A program made the position numbers and the translations under genes. A DNA stretch of 64,000 bases, taken from the NCBI GenBank assembly GCA_000004985.1, contig GG738875.1; one strand, written 5' to 3'. The notes under the pieces are model-generated. The model was not told the origin of the DNA and did no database searches. It was given only the letters and a program-made list of their open reading frames with translations. The DNA is from Naegleria gruberi (lineage: Eukaryota). Shown in pieces: positions 1 to 10,899 of this stretch (positions are counted from its first letter, which is position 1; every line of letters starts with the position of its first letter).

Positions 1-3000
1 GAGATTCAACCTCTTTAATCTATTGCACAATTCTGCTCTGTTTACTGAATCCATAATAGGTAAATGAACCAGTTTTTTACGTCTACGGAGTGCCTCAAGC
101 CTAATATTTTCTGTTTTTCCGACACCAGATACATCTGATGAGTAAAGATAGGCTTTTGAAAATGGTTGAATAGCTTTAGTAGTGGTTGTGTTTGGAATAT
201 TTTGTAGGAATCGTTTGAATTGGTTTACAACATAGCTAGTTTGGTTTCCACTGGTATCTATCAAGCACAGTGAGCTCTTTTTTTCTAGATTAAGTTCTTT
301 GAGTCTATTAATTTTATCAACTAGTTGAGCTTGAAGTGAGAACGAAAGCTTCTCTATTTGTGCTATGCAATATAGATCACCAGATAGATTGTTAAAAAAC
401 GATCTTGAAACAATAGCATTAAGTGGCTGCCAAGTAGTACCATATTCACAAAATAGTACTGTGGAGGGTTTAGGAAGGCTATTAGTGAAAATTTTCAGGA
501 TTGTGCTAATGAGCTCTTTGTTTTCCACAGATAGGACTACAAAAGTATTTCTAAAGTAGGATGATACATTTGCATCAGATTTAACCTTATTGTGAAAGAT
601 TTTATCCAAAATCTTACCCAATCTTTCTAATCTATGTTCCATGTCTAATAGCTGTTCTTGTTGTTGGAATTGTATCAATTTAATTTCATTCTTGGATATT
701 GGATGGATAAAATTTAATAGAGGATAAACATCATCTACTGTGCCATTTCCAGAAAAATACCTTTCCAACACCCAGAATCGCTCTGGAGCGAAGAAATTCA
801 AAAAGAAATGTTTTCCTAAATAATTATCCAAAATGGTTTGCCAGTTTTGTGTTTCCGTCTCAATTTCTTGGATATTATCTGGCAATGCATCGAAATCTAT
901 TTTTTCAGAACAATAATCCTTATTGTTTCCCAAAGCTTTCAAATTGTTAATTTTTGTTAAGTAATCAAAAGCAAGATCACAATATTCTATAAACATTTCC
1001 ATATCATGGAAATTTCTTTCAAGAGATTGGTCTTTTCTTGAATTTATAATCAACAATGCTCCGCTTCGTAAATCTTGTATATCAGCTATACTGACTTGTT
1101 TTACCTGGTCGTCATTACCATTGTAAAGCAGAGATAAAATATAGGCAGTAACATTTTCCAATGAAACTCTAAAATAGCCAGATTGTGTGGCATTGTAAAT
1201 TGTTTCCTTTGTGAGCTCTCCTCTGTTAGCAATAGAGTCTAGCAGATTTTTCAAACCGTTAATAGAATGATTTGAGCTTTCGACCTTCACTACTAATTTT
1301 AAATCTACAACAATATTTGATAAACGGTTACAAAAATCTTGGATGCTTCTATATTCCTGGCTAATGATTGGCCTGATTAATTTGCTGGCCTCAATCAAAT
1401 CTGCCACTGTTTCTTGCCTTATAAAGTTTTCTCCCAAATCTTCAACTGCATTTACCAAAGCCATAATACTTTGTTGATCAGTCTCCTTAATGAATTGAAG
1501 GAGTGGAGAAGAAGTAGACAAGGCATCTAGAAAAAGACAGTCCATTCTAGCAAGAGAATAGGTGCTAATTATTTGCTCTACACGCTTACAAGTTTCAATC
1601 CAATTCGATTCTAAGCTCATATTCTTGAATTCATTTAATTCATCAATTTCAGTATCAATATCACCGATGTCAAGAGCATTTGAGCCAGTAATCTCTATAA
1701 TTTTTTGAACCAGCTCCATTACCTGTTTTGTAAAGAGAAGGGTTTTCAATTTGGTAGTAAGTTCTATTACTTTTTCATCACTTGCGTCAACAAGATTACC
1801 CAAAAATTTCACTTCATTTGTAATATTTTCTTTTTTGATAGCTCCTAAAATTTCAATAACTTTGGAGGAAGGTAGTATTCTCCCCTAAAAACAGTTCATA
1901 AGAAAAATGTGTAAGCTCTACACTTATAGCAGAACCAAGATCGATTATATCACTAACCAAGCTAGTATGTTTGCTTGTTCTCGCTTTAAGGAGTTTGGAA
2001 AAGGATTTTGACTGCTTGCAGCAAATGATAGTCTTCAAATTTTTGTTTTCAGCTCCAGATACAGATTGATTTTGGAATTCTGAAAAGCTCATCTTCATCA
2101 TGCCATCATATAAATCCTTATATTTCTTTTTCATCTTTTCGAAATCAGAACAATGGGTACAGTATGCATCAAGAATTTTTCTCATATCATTGATGTGTTC
2201 TTTGTATGTATTGATTTGTTGTATCATATCAGCAAGACTTTTAACACAATCCTCTCCGAGATATAACTTCAATATTTGATGATCATTGTTGTTCAAATTT
2301 TCAATTTTTTCCACTGTTACAGCTGCAAGGTTCTTCTTTAAAAAGTTAATCTTTGTGGTAATGTTCAAAAGTTTTGGCTCTGGTTTTAGAGTAAAGTACT
2401 TAATCAATAAAAACCAAGCATTGTCTTTAAACACTCTTTCCGTGTCCATCAATTCTAATATCTTCAAAAGGATGGCACGTAAGTGAGAAGTGTTGAACTC
2501 CTTTCCGCAACAAACACCATCAATGACATAAAGGTACAAGGGTACTTTTTTGCTTTGCAATTTTTTGATAGTAATTTTAATCACTTCAACCACAGATTCA
2601 TCAAGAAATTTAATTGGCAACGCACACGGTTCGTTGATGATCGTCTTTAAACAAAAATCCAACAGTGACTCATCAGTTCCCTTTTTCTCCAATCGAGGGA
2701 GAATAACCTCATGCACAGTATCTAGAAAATTCTTTCCAAGATTTACGGTACACAAGTGAAGATAATAAGTTAAATCTTCTACACGTACACCTCCGAAAGT
2801 AACTCTAGCGGCAAGCCATTTCTTCAGCTGATCTTTCAATTCATTGTTTTGGAATTTTTTTATAAATTTGCAATGGTGATAAAAAACTTTACAGTCTTTT
2901 CATTGTCGGTCAATTGCATGGTGCTAAGAAGTACTTTTAGTTTGTCTTCCTTCTTGATTTCAGATTGGTCAATGAGTTCTTGAATTCTGATCAATTCTGT

Positions 3001-4822
3001 TTCATCTTCCAAATCAACCTTTTCAGACAAAATCAATGCAACCATTTGTGTGTCAACAGATAAACTCAACTTGGGATAGTTTTCTCTAATTGAGAACAAC
3101 TTATCCATGTTGGATTCTGTACCAATTGCTTTCTTGAACTTGTCTTTAAATTCATATGAGTTTGAATATTCTGGATTCAGTTCTAAAATGAAATCAAGAT
3201 ACGTCATTCTAACTGGTAACGAATTCAAGAGGAAACGTGCCACTGCACCAACGTAAGGACTATTCAAAATGGCTTGCTTCTTTTTCATAAGGTTTTCCAT
3301 TATCTCACTCAAAGCTCCTTCGTTTGTTATTAAGTAATTAGTATGATTGTTCTTTACAAACTCATAACCTGTAATTTCGGTGTAATCTGAAGACAAAAGT
3401 CTTAAGGCAAAATCAGGAGTGAGACTGATGGCAATTCTGGTGAGAATAACACCTAAACATTTGGATATTGTTTTGTATTGCTTCATTTCTGAATTAAAGG
3501 GAACAGCTAAAAGAGAGTTGAAAATCAATTTCATATCATTAAATTGCAAATTGAATAGAGCATCTGACAATCCAAGTAGAGTACATATGATGAACCGAGT
3601 GTTAACATCTTCTGGGGTTAGGTTCTTCATAAAGGTCACAGCATAATAGAGATCAAGTTTTTTGTTTGATTGGACGAATGATGTTAATAAACTTTCTAAC
3701 TTTTCATAAATGTTTCTACCTGTTTACAGATATAACACGGCAATATTCTACAAGTCCAACAGTATGGTTTTGGTCGAACGCAAAACTATATCTACTTTCA
3801 CCAAGCATGACCATACAAGGTCTAATGTCATTGCCAGTGAAAAATCTATTTACTACATTCTTGGAAACGTGCATTTGTAAAACGACAGAATGGACATATG
3901 GATCAAAGTTACCTCTCATTACATAAAATTGTTGCCCAATCGGTTCCATCTCTCCCAATTTTCTTTTTCTATCATCAAAAACCTCTACCTTGCTGTATTG
4001 ATTGTTCTCTTGCCACAAATAGATGGTTCGTTTCAAGAATGCCTCATTGCTGACAATAGAACTGGAAGAAGTTGCTACCTGGTTGTCTTTTGTAATTGGA
4101 ATCTGAATCAGTCTTTTGGAGCGAGTACCCTTTCTGAAAAGTTTCGATCTTCTTCTCTTGTTGCTGATTTTCCTTACTCTCTGATACCACTGAAACAGTC
4201 TGTTGTTCGATTGTTTCTGGAGGATCTGAAATAGGAGGATATTGAACCTTCTTTGGTTCACTGATCGTACTGTTTTCGACTGCTGGTAACTCATTACCAA
4301 TAGTCTGATCAGTATCAATGTCCATATTATCATTCGATTGGTTACCACTTGTTTGATCGACTGGAGGTATGTGTGTTTGATCACCAGATGAAGTGCTAGT
4401 TCTAGGTGTTTGGGATTCGGTTGATGGTTTTGGAGGGCCTTCAGAATTCCCAACCCTATTCTCCTCTTGCACAGTTGTGGAACTGTTGGGAGGATTAGCT
4501 GTTAACATTTTTTTTGAGATGATGAGACGAAACGTGATGAAGTGTCAAAGTTTTATTTACCCAAAGGTTTGGAAACTGTTTGCCTCTCTGATCTTTGATT
4601 GGTACATGAAGAAGTTGCGTTGTGGACGCAGGTTGCCAATCCTCTTGTGTTCGAATTACAACAAGTGCATGGTCCTAAACAGACGAAACAAAACTTAAGT
4701 GAACAATTACTGCATAACATGTGACGACATCCTCTACCACTATGAGTATTTGGAGTAAAGAAGTCTGGACACAAACGCATTGAAGGCACTCCTGTAGCAA
4801 GAAATGGAGCTGATCCGTTCAT
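1..4822 (-). CDS. Large multi-exon gene, partial. Its N-terminus is near 4822 and its C-terminus lies beyond the window start. Product unassigned.
   Basis: Minus-strand ORFs 4553-4822, 4044-4508, 3716-4453, 2860-3639 and 1853-2839 are consecutive, and an open minus-strand frame runs off coordinate 1. A 63-nt GTAAAT...AACAG intron joins the first two in frame. The gaps 3640-3715 and about 2840-2859 look like introns. The first exon is Cys/His-rich and RING-like (CPDFF..H..C.H.LCSNCSLKFCFVCLGPC). It is followed by a Ser/Thr/Pro/Gln-rich linker. A Walker-A-like SSDVSGVGKTEN sits near coordinate 150. Exon phases were not fully resolved. Confidence 0.55.
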
Positions 4823-5145
4823 TGAAATATTCTATTCGAATCACGTTTAGTTACAGATGGATCAATTACGGATAATGAACCAATTAAAATACTTACAACT
4901 GTTTTGCATTTAGAGGCTGCGTCTTGTTTGTGTTCATTCATTTTTTTGTAATGAAAACTTCACGTTCAAGTCATCAATCAAATATAAAAAATGGAATGCT
5001 CATCATGTCACTTTGTGCTGCCATCATCAATGTTTGTTGGTTTTCCATTGAGTGATGACTGTGATCACATCACCACTTCTTGTTTATCTGTAGTTAGTTT
5101 ATTAGTACAAACATATATTTAACAAAATTTAAGTGTTTATTAGAA

Positions 5146-6048
5146 ATGGATAAATGTCCAGAAGATGGATTTCTCCTTCCGGAACAAACCAAGGATTTTA
5201 TCTCAAGATCTTTGAGAGGGCAACAAGTAGAGGTGAATGATCAAGAAATTAATGTGATTGAAACTCCACAAGTTGATGAACCAATCACTGTTCAAATTTT
5301 GACACTTGGTGGCTCAGTTTGTCAAGTTAAAACTAACAAGAAGCACTCAATCATCACATTGAAGGAAGAAATTGAGAAGTACATGGATATTCCAGTTGGT
5401 AAACAGTCGCTCTTCTTTAGGAATACAGAATTGGAGAATTACAATAATGGTATGTCAAGAAGAGTGGGAGATTTTGGAATTCAAGATAATGACAAGATCT
5501 ATCTCTCCATTTTAATGAAGGAAATTGATGTTGGAGACAATATCAATGCAGTGAAAGTTAGATTACAATGGAATTGGGTTAATTCTCGTGATTTCTTGGA
5601 TGGAATCGTCTACGTTCTCGATGGAAATAACAACATTACAGCAAGACTCGATTATGATAACAATGTTTCTCCTCTTTGTGGAGAATCAATCTTCCACAAA
5701 GGAGACGATATTGACAATGACAGAAAATTAGGATGTCAAATCATTGGCATGAACCTTGAAAACATTCCAATGTCTGTTCAAACTATTGTCTTTACTTTGA
5801 GCTCATACAGAGCATCTTCTCTCAGCTCCTTCAAGAATCCTCGTGTTCACATCGAAGAGGAAACAAGAGGTCAACCATTGGCTGGTTGTGATACTGATGC
5901 GATTAAATCTCAGGCAATTATTGTTTGTGCTTTTAGAAGATCACAACAAGGATGGAGAATCATTCAAATCAATAGAGAATCTTCAGGCAATGCACAAAAT
6001 GATTCTGCTCTCATAACATCCATTATTGATGTTGTCAGAAATTTGTAG
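5146..6048 (+). CDS. Fusion protein: ubiquitin-like domain followed by a TerD-family domain, 300 aa.
   Basis: Single ORF with an A-rich ATG context. Residues about 45-120 resemble ubiquitin (ITVQILTLGGSVCQVKTNKKHSIITLKEEIEKYMDIPVGKQSLFF). The C-terminal half matches the TerD/CABP1 pattern (GIVYVLDGNNNI...SIFHKGDDIDND...SVQTIVFTLSSY...NPRVHIEEE...AIIVCAFRR..GWRI). Confidence 0.6.
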   Translation: MDKCPEDGFLLPEQTKDFISRSLRGQQVEVNDQEINVIETPQVDEPITVQILTLGGSVCQVKTNKKHSIITLKEEIEKYMDIPVGKQSLFFRNTELENYNNGMSRRVGDFGIQDNDKIYLSILMKEIDVGDNINAVKVRLQWNWVNSRDFLDGIVYVLDGNNNITARLDYDNNVSPLCGESIFHKGDDIDNDRKLGCQIIGMNLENIPMSVQTIVFTLSSYRASSLSSFKNPRVHIEEETRGQPLAGCDTDAIKSQAIIVCAFRRSQQGWRIIQINRESSGNAQNDSALITSIIDVVRNL

Positions 6049-6059
6049 AATAAACTTTA

Positions 6060-6320
6060 TTAGAAGAAACTAAAAGATGAACCATCTTTGACACCAGAAA
6101 TAACAATATGATCACCATCAAATATTCTCAACTTTTTCAAGCTATCATTAAAACGATCATCACTATTATTAATAGAATCTTGACTTTCCTGTACGTAGAG
6201 ACTCATCTCTGAGCTATTGAGTTTAAATTCGATTCTTGCTGTGGCAGCAACTTCAGAGAGAGTTGTAGTTTCGGCTACTGTGATTTCCTTCTTGGTATTG
6301 TATTCAATCCAAATCTTCAT
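6060..6320 (-). CDS. Small 86-aa protein with a ubiquitin-like beta-grasp pattern and no C-terminal Gly-Gly.
   Basis: ORF MKIWIEYNTKKEITVAETTTLSEV...LKKLRIFDGDHIVISG has the spacing of a ubiquitin fold. It lies between two plus-strand genes. It is small, so this is tentative. Confidence 0.3.
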   Translation of the reverse strand: MKIWIEYNTKKEITVAETTTLSEVAATARIEFKLNSSEMSLYVQESQDSINNSDDRFNDSLKKLRIFDGDHIVISGVKDGSSFSFF

Positions 6321-6443
6321 ATTTTTTATTTATAATTTGCTTGGCAAGCTACGGGTGAATCGTGATTCTATTTGGACCTTTAGGATAATTCACGTTTCGT
6401 ATTTGCGTTTACAATGGGAATCGTGAAACAAAAACATAAAAAA

Positions 6444-9400
6444 ATGTCTGATACGCTCCTTCTCAGTCGTCAATTTAGTGTGTTTGGTGCCAATGAGACT
6501 CATCATATTGAAAACTGCAAGCTTTTGATCATTGGTTGTAATGGATTAGGCAATGAAGTTGGTAAGTTTTGTTTCGTCATTCATTCTCACAACAGTTTTA
6601 TAGCCAAGAACTTGATCATGGCAGGTGTGAAGAATGTTACTCTATTCGATCCGAAGGGTGTAGAATGGAGAGATTTATCAGGTCTTGTAAGTGAGAACAA
6701 TTCCACTTTTTCGAATACTTTTGTTAACATGATTATTCGAAACGTACTACAGACATTTGTTGGTTCGATTACAATGAAAACCAGAGCCAAGATCGTAATG
6801 GATTATTTGAAAGATCTTGCTCCCAAAACAAACATCAAGGAATCAACTGCAAAGACTTTTTCTGCATTATGTCAAGAAAGTTATCTCAGAGAATTCACTT
6901 TTGTTGTTTGTTGTGGTTATCCTCTTTCTTTGAATTCTAAACTTAACGAAACTTGCAGAAAGGTCGGTATACCTTTCCTTTGCTGTGATTCAAAGGGAGT
7001 TTTGAGTTATGTTTTTGAAGATTTGGGTGAAAATTATACCTACATTGTTGATGATGGTAAAACAAATTATGACACCTCAATTCCTATTGTTTCCATTCAA
7101 AAAGTTGAGAATTCTGATAACAAATATCAAATTATGTGTACTTCTACCTTGAGTGATGGGGTTCTTGTTTCATTCCATCAAATTGTTAACAAATCAATGG
7201 GTGAGGTCAGTGTTGAGGCAAAGAATGACAAGTCAATTGAAACTTCTGAGCATCTTAAAGAAGAATCTATTGATAAGGCTGCAACAACGTCTTCTGCCCC
7301 TGAAGTGAGTAATGAAGGGGAAGTTGAAACTGAAAAGCAAGAAAACATTCCACTTGAACAAACAAAACAAAACGAATCCAATATGAATCCTCAAAATTCC
7401 CAAGTCGAAGAAGAGGTGAACATGATGGAAATTCAAGAAAAATCACACCACCTCCTCGTGAAGAACTATTGGTCCAAAAATCATTCAATCTTCCTACTGG
7501 AAAGTTTAAAATTTCCAACTCTTCCAAGAACTGCTTTACAATTGAATGTGAAGATGAAATTAATCCTGAATGTTATGAAGGAGGATGTTTCTTGAAATTG
7601 GTACGAGAACAAAAAAGTGTTTCCTTTGTAAGTAGTTTTGAGTTTTTTCATGTTCAATTTGACAATGTTAATTAGAAACCATTGGAAGAATTGATTAATC
7701 ATTCCAAGGACAGTTTCTTTTACAATAGAAGAAAGCCAATTGACAATTTACAACTAATGTGCTTGAAAGTATATGATATCTTTGTTCAAGAAAATGGACG
7801 TTCTCCACTTCCATGGAACACTAAAGATTGTACTCAATGCAAGGATTTATCAATTCAGCTTATCAATTCCTATATTAATAATGATATCGTTGAAGACCTC
7901 AAAGGTTTAGAAAGCAAAGCAGAGCTATTCTTTAATACAAGCCAGCAAATATTGCACCATTGAATGCCATGGTTGGTGGTCTAGTTGCCCAAGAAACCTT
8001 GAAATCCATCTCCAGAAAGTACACTCCTCTCAAAGATGATCGAGCCCTTAATCAATTCCTTTTCATTGACAACTTTAATTTGGGTGATACTTTGGAAGAA
8101 TCAATAATGAAGGAAAATGTTCAAAATCTTAGAGGAACAATCTATGAAGGTGTTTCCCCACTTCTTACTGAGAGGGCAATTTCACATTTGAACGGAATGA
8201 ATGTTCTTGTGGCTGGTGCAGGTGCTGTTGGTTGTGAGGTTTTGAAAAATCTCTCTTCCATGATGGTGAGCACAAACAAGAACTCTTCGATTCATGTAGT
8301 TGACTATGATCGTGTTGCTCCTTCAAATCTCCACAGACAAATTTTATTTAGAGATTCAGATGCCAAATTAATGGAATTTAAGGCTATTGCTGCGAGTAGA
8401 AAGCTCAAGCAAATGAATCCAGATTTGAATTTGATTGCCAAAACTGAGAAATTATGCTATGAGAGTGAAGAGACTGAATTTCCTGAACAATTCTGGCAGA
8501 ATGTCAATGTCATCTTTTCATGTGTTGATAGCAAGGATGCAAGAGGTTATTTAAGCGATAAAGCTCAAATCCTTCACATTCCCATGATTGAAGGTGGTAC
8601 TGAGGGATCTAAAGGTTCCTCTCTCATCATTCACGAACAAGTTGCAGGTTATGGATCCTACATGAATCTGAATGCTTCAAGAGAGGAGGAAGTTGTAATC
8701 AATAATGCATGTATTCCATCCTTTGCAATTTATAAACCAGAGCAAGCCATAAGAAAGGCAGTAGAACTTTTCACATGGTTCTTTAAGGAAAATGTTGAAG
8801 TTGTGAATTTGCTTGGCAAACATGATCTTTCTGATGAGAAGGTTAAAGAAAATTATGAAATGTATAGAGATGGTCTTGAGAAACCAGAAAAAATGTCCAG
8901 ACAACTCTTTAATATATTGTTTGAGGAACAAATTAATGAAGCTGCTGCCAAATATAATGAAATCAATGAGAAGGGTAAGTTGTAAAATGTTGGAATTGTT
9001 CATAACCAAACTATTCGAAAGATGATGTCAAATTATTGTTGAGAAAACCACCCATTCAAGAAAAATTCAATGCTCATGACGAATCCCATTTAAGATTCCT
9101 CAAAGCATCCAATGCTATCATTAAGGAATTTAAAATCAAAAAGAAAAAGCTCACACCTATCCATTTTGAGAAAGATGAGGATTCTCATTTGGAATGGATT
9201 GTTTCCTGCTCTATTCTATTGTCCAAATGTTATGGAATATTCCATAATGGAGAGAGAGAATTTGTTAGAAGAGTTGCTGGACAAATTATCCCTGCCATCA
9301 TTACAACCACTTCAATGGTCTCAGGTTTCATGTGTCTCAATTTGTTCAAGTATGTCCAGACTGGATATAAGAATCTCAGTAATTTGGATTTTAATACTGC

Positions 9401-9632
9401 AAGTAATGGATATAGTTTCCATCATTGTGTTCAAAAACTGAAGAGTCCAGTCCCTGGAAAGTTAATTTCCAACTTTGAAACAGTTTCAGATTTTGTAATT
9501 TATCCTTCCACAACAATTACTGAATGGGTTGACTTTGTAAAGAGAAAGTATGAAATTGGAGTTGAAAAGATAACAATCTATCCAAAGTTTGATGTTTATG
9601 ACTTTGGATCTCTTCCATGGGGTGAAACGTAA
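6444..9632 (+). CDS. Canonical-type ubiquitin or ubiquitin-like activating enzyme E1 (tandem ThiF adenylation domains, FCCH, catalytic-Cys region, C-terminal UFD). Multi-exon, with apparent frame breaks.
   Basis: LSRQFSVFGANE...LLIIGCNGLGNEV|AKNLIMAGVKNVTLFD matches the first, inactive adenylation domain; the GT-AG intron 6562-6603 is 42 nt. PTGKFKISNSSKNCFTIECEDEINPECYEGGCFLKLV matches the FCCH segment. APLNAMVGGLVAQETLK...VLVAGAGAVGCEVLKN...VVDYDRVAPSNLHRQILF is the active ThiF domain. NACIPSFAIYKPEQAI aligns to the PICTLKNFP catalytic-Cys region. GQIIPAIITTTSMVSGFMCLNLFKY plus a roughly 95-aa UFD-like tail ends at a TAA at 9630-9632. A 48-nt intron at 7631-7678 removes an in-frame stop. 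The segments lie in three frames that no intron can reconcile at about 7420-7470 and 7932-7960. Confidence 0.75.
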
Positions 9633-9707
9633 GTTATTTGCAGGCAATCTGATTTTATATTCGAAACCATTTCTAGATTTTATGAAACTTTCAGCAAGAA
9701 TAGAACA

Positions 9708-10740
9708 ATGCAAAAGAAAGAATGGATTACCCTCATCAGTGAGACATACATTGATGGTTTTCCATACAGTTTCAAAACTCAAGTCAGAGTTTCTGTTCCA
9801 CTCAAACTGCAAAATGTTGAAGGATCGTGTTATTTGAATTCTGCATTGCAAGTTTTGCATTCATGTCATGAATTTGTTGAGCAATTGAGAAATAGCTCAC
9901 CAACAACACCTGTTGCAAAGGTTTTGAAATCTGTTTTTGAGGATAACTTTTCAAGAGTAAGTTTTTTCTTAATTCATGTTAATTTGAACCCAAAAAGTCC
10001 AAAATTAATGAACTCAGACGATTGACAAACAGATCAGACAAATATTCAGGAGATACACCAGTAAGTTTTTTTTGCCTAATCATCATCAAAATATTCTAAA
10101 TAATAATAATATTGACAACTAGAAATATGTGAGATCAATTTTTACTGAAATTTTAGGAGAGGAAGAAATTGATAGTGAACTCATCGATTGTAAACTGGTT
10201 GACTATTTCAGTTGGAAATCTCCTCAAATTTGTGATGTTTGTGAAGAGTGTCAACAGTCTATTAGAGGACCTATCAGACCCATTTCCTCTCAAGTTCTTC
10301 TACTTCAAGGAAATCCAAAAGTTTCCACTGAACAATTACTGAACAATAGTTTCTGTTTCGATTCCAATAACAAGTGTCAATGTGGAGGTAAAATTTTCAG
10401 ACACAAAATATTCCAATCCTGCCCAGAATATCTTCTCTGTGAAATTGAAAATCCACAACAAAAGTGGATTCCAAACAATTCTATCGAAACCAAAGTTTAT
10501 ATTGAAACAGTTGACTGTACTTATGAACTAGTTGGTGGAGCCATTTATAGTGGAAATAGAAGTGGTGGACATTGGAGAGCCTACTCAAAACAAGCTTATG
10601 GTTGGTTTAGTTGTGATGATTCAATGGTTTCCTATATTGGAACAACTATTCCAAGTTCATACTTGTTAGGAAGTGCCTTTGTGGCATATAAGAAAGTTGG
10701 CAATGATCCAACAAATGAAGATGAAATGGTTGATGAATAA
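9708..10740 (+). CDS. Ubiquitin carboxyl-terminal hydrolase (USP/UBP, peptidase C19), at least two exons.
   Basis: Cys box VEGSCYLNSALQVLHSCHEFVEQL sits in the exon ending at 9956, with a GTAAGT donor. His box GGAIYSGNRSGGHWRAYSKQAYGWFSCDDSMVS sits in the exon beginning about 10123. The intervening 9957-10122 is one 166-nt intron or contains a micro-exon whose phase I could not resolve. The ATG at 9708 lacks the usual A-rich context. Confidence 0.7.
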
Positions 10741-10899
10741 ACTAATGTACAATTTATTGACAAACTAATCGAATTGCCTTAGTTTCGTATGATGTTGTCG
10801 GAGAACACTCTCGAACTATATTCATTAATATTCGTACAAAAACTGGAAATTGCTTTTGAAACCAGTTTATTCAACAACAATCAAACTAAACATAAAAAA

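Noticed and set aside
2286-2759. Plus-strand ORFs (2286-2486, 2550-2759) inside the large minus-strand gene.
   Set aside because: They are antisense to well-conserved-looking coding sequence and low-complexity, with no start context or domain. They are typical shadow ORFs.
4553-4822. Cys-rich 89-aa ORF as an independent small-protein gene.
   Set aside because: Its last codon overlaps a GTAAAT donor, and a 63-nt intron joins it in frame to the next ORF. It is better explained as exon 1 of the large gene.
6562-6755. Treating the 42-nt and 66-nt GTAAGT...AG segments in the E1 5' region as definite introns.
   Set aside because: Both are multiples of three and stop-free, so the track ORF reads through them. 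Homology (LGNEV-AKN) favours splicing, but retention cannot be excluded from sequence alone.
9589-9837. 82-aa plus ORF bridging the E1 and USP genes.
   Set aside because: It is in a frame different from both flanking homology-supported frames, and its 'start' is a TTG. It is spurious.
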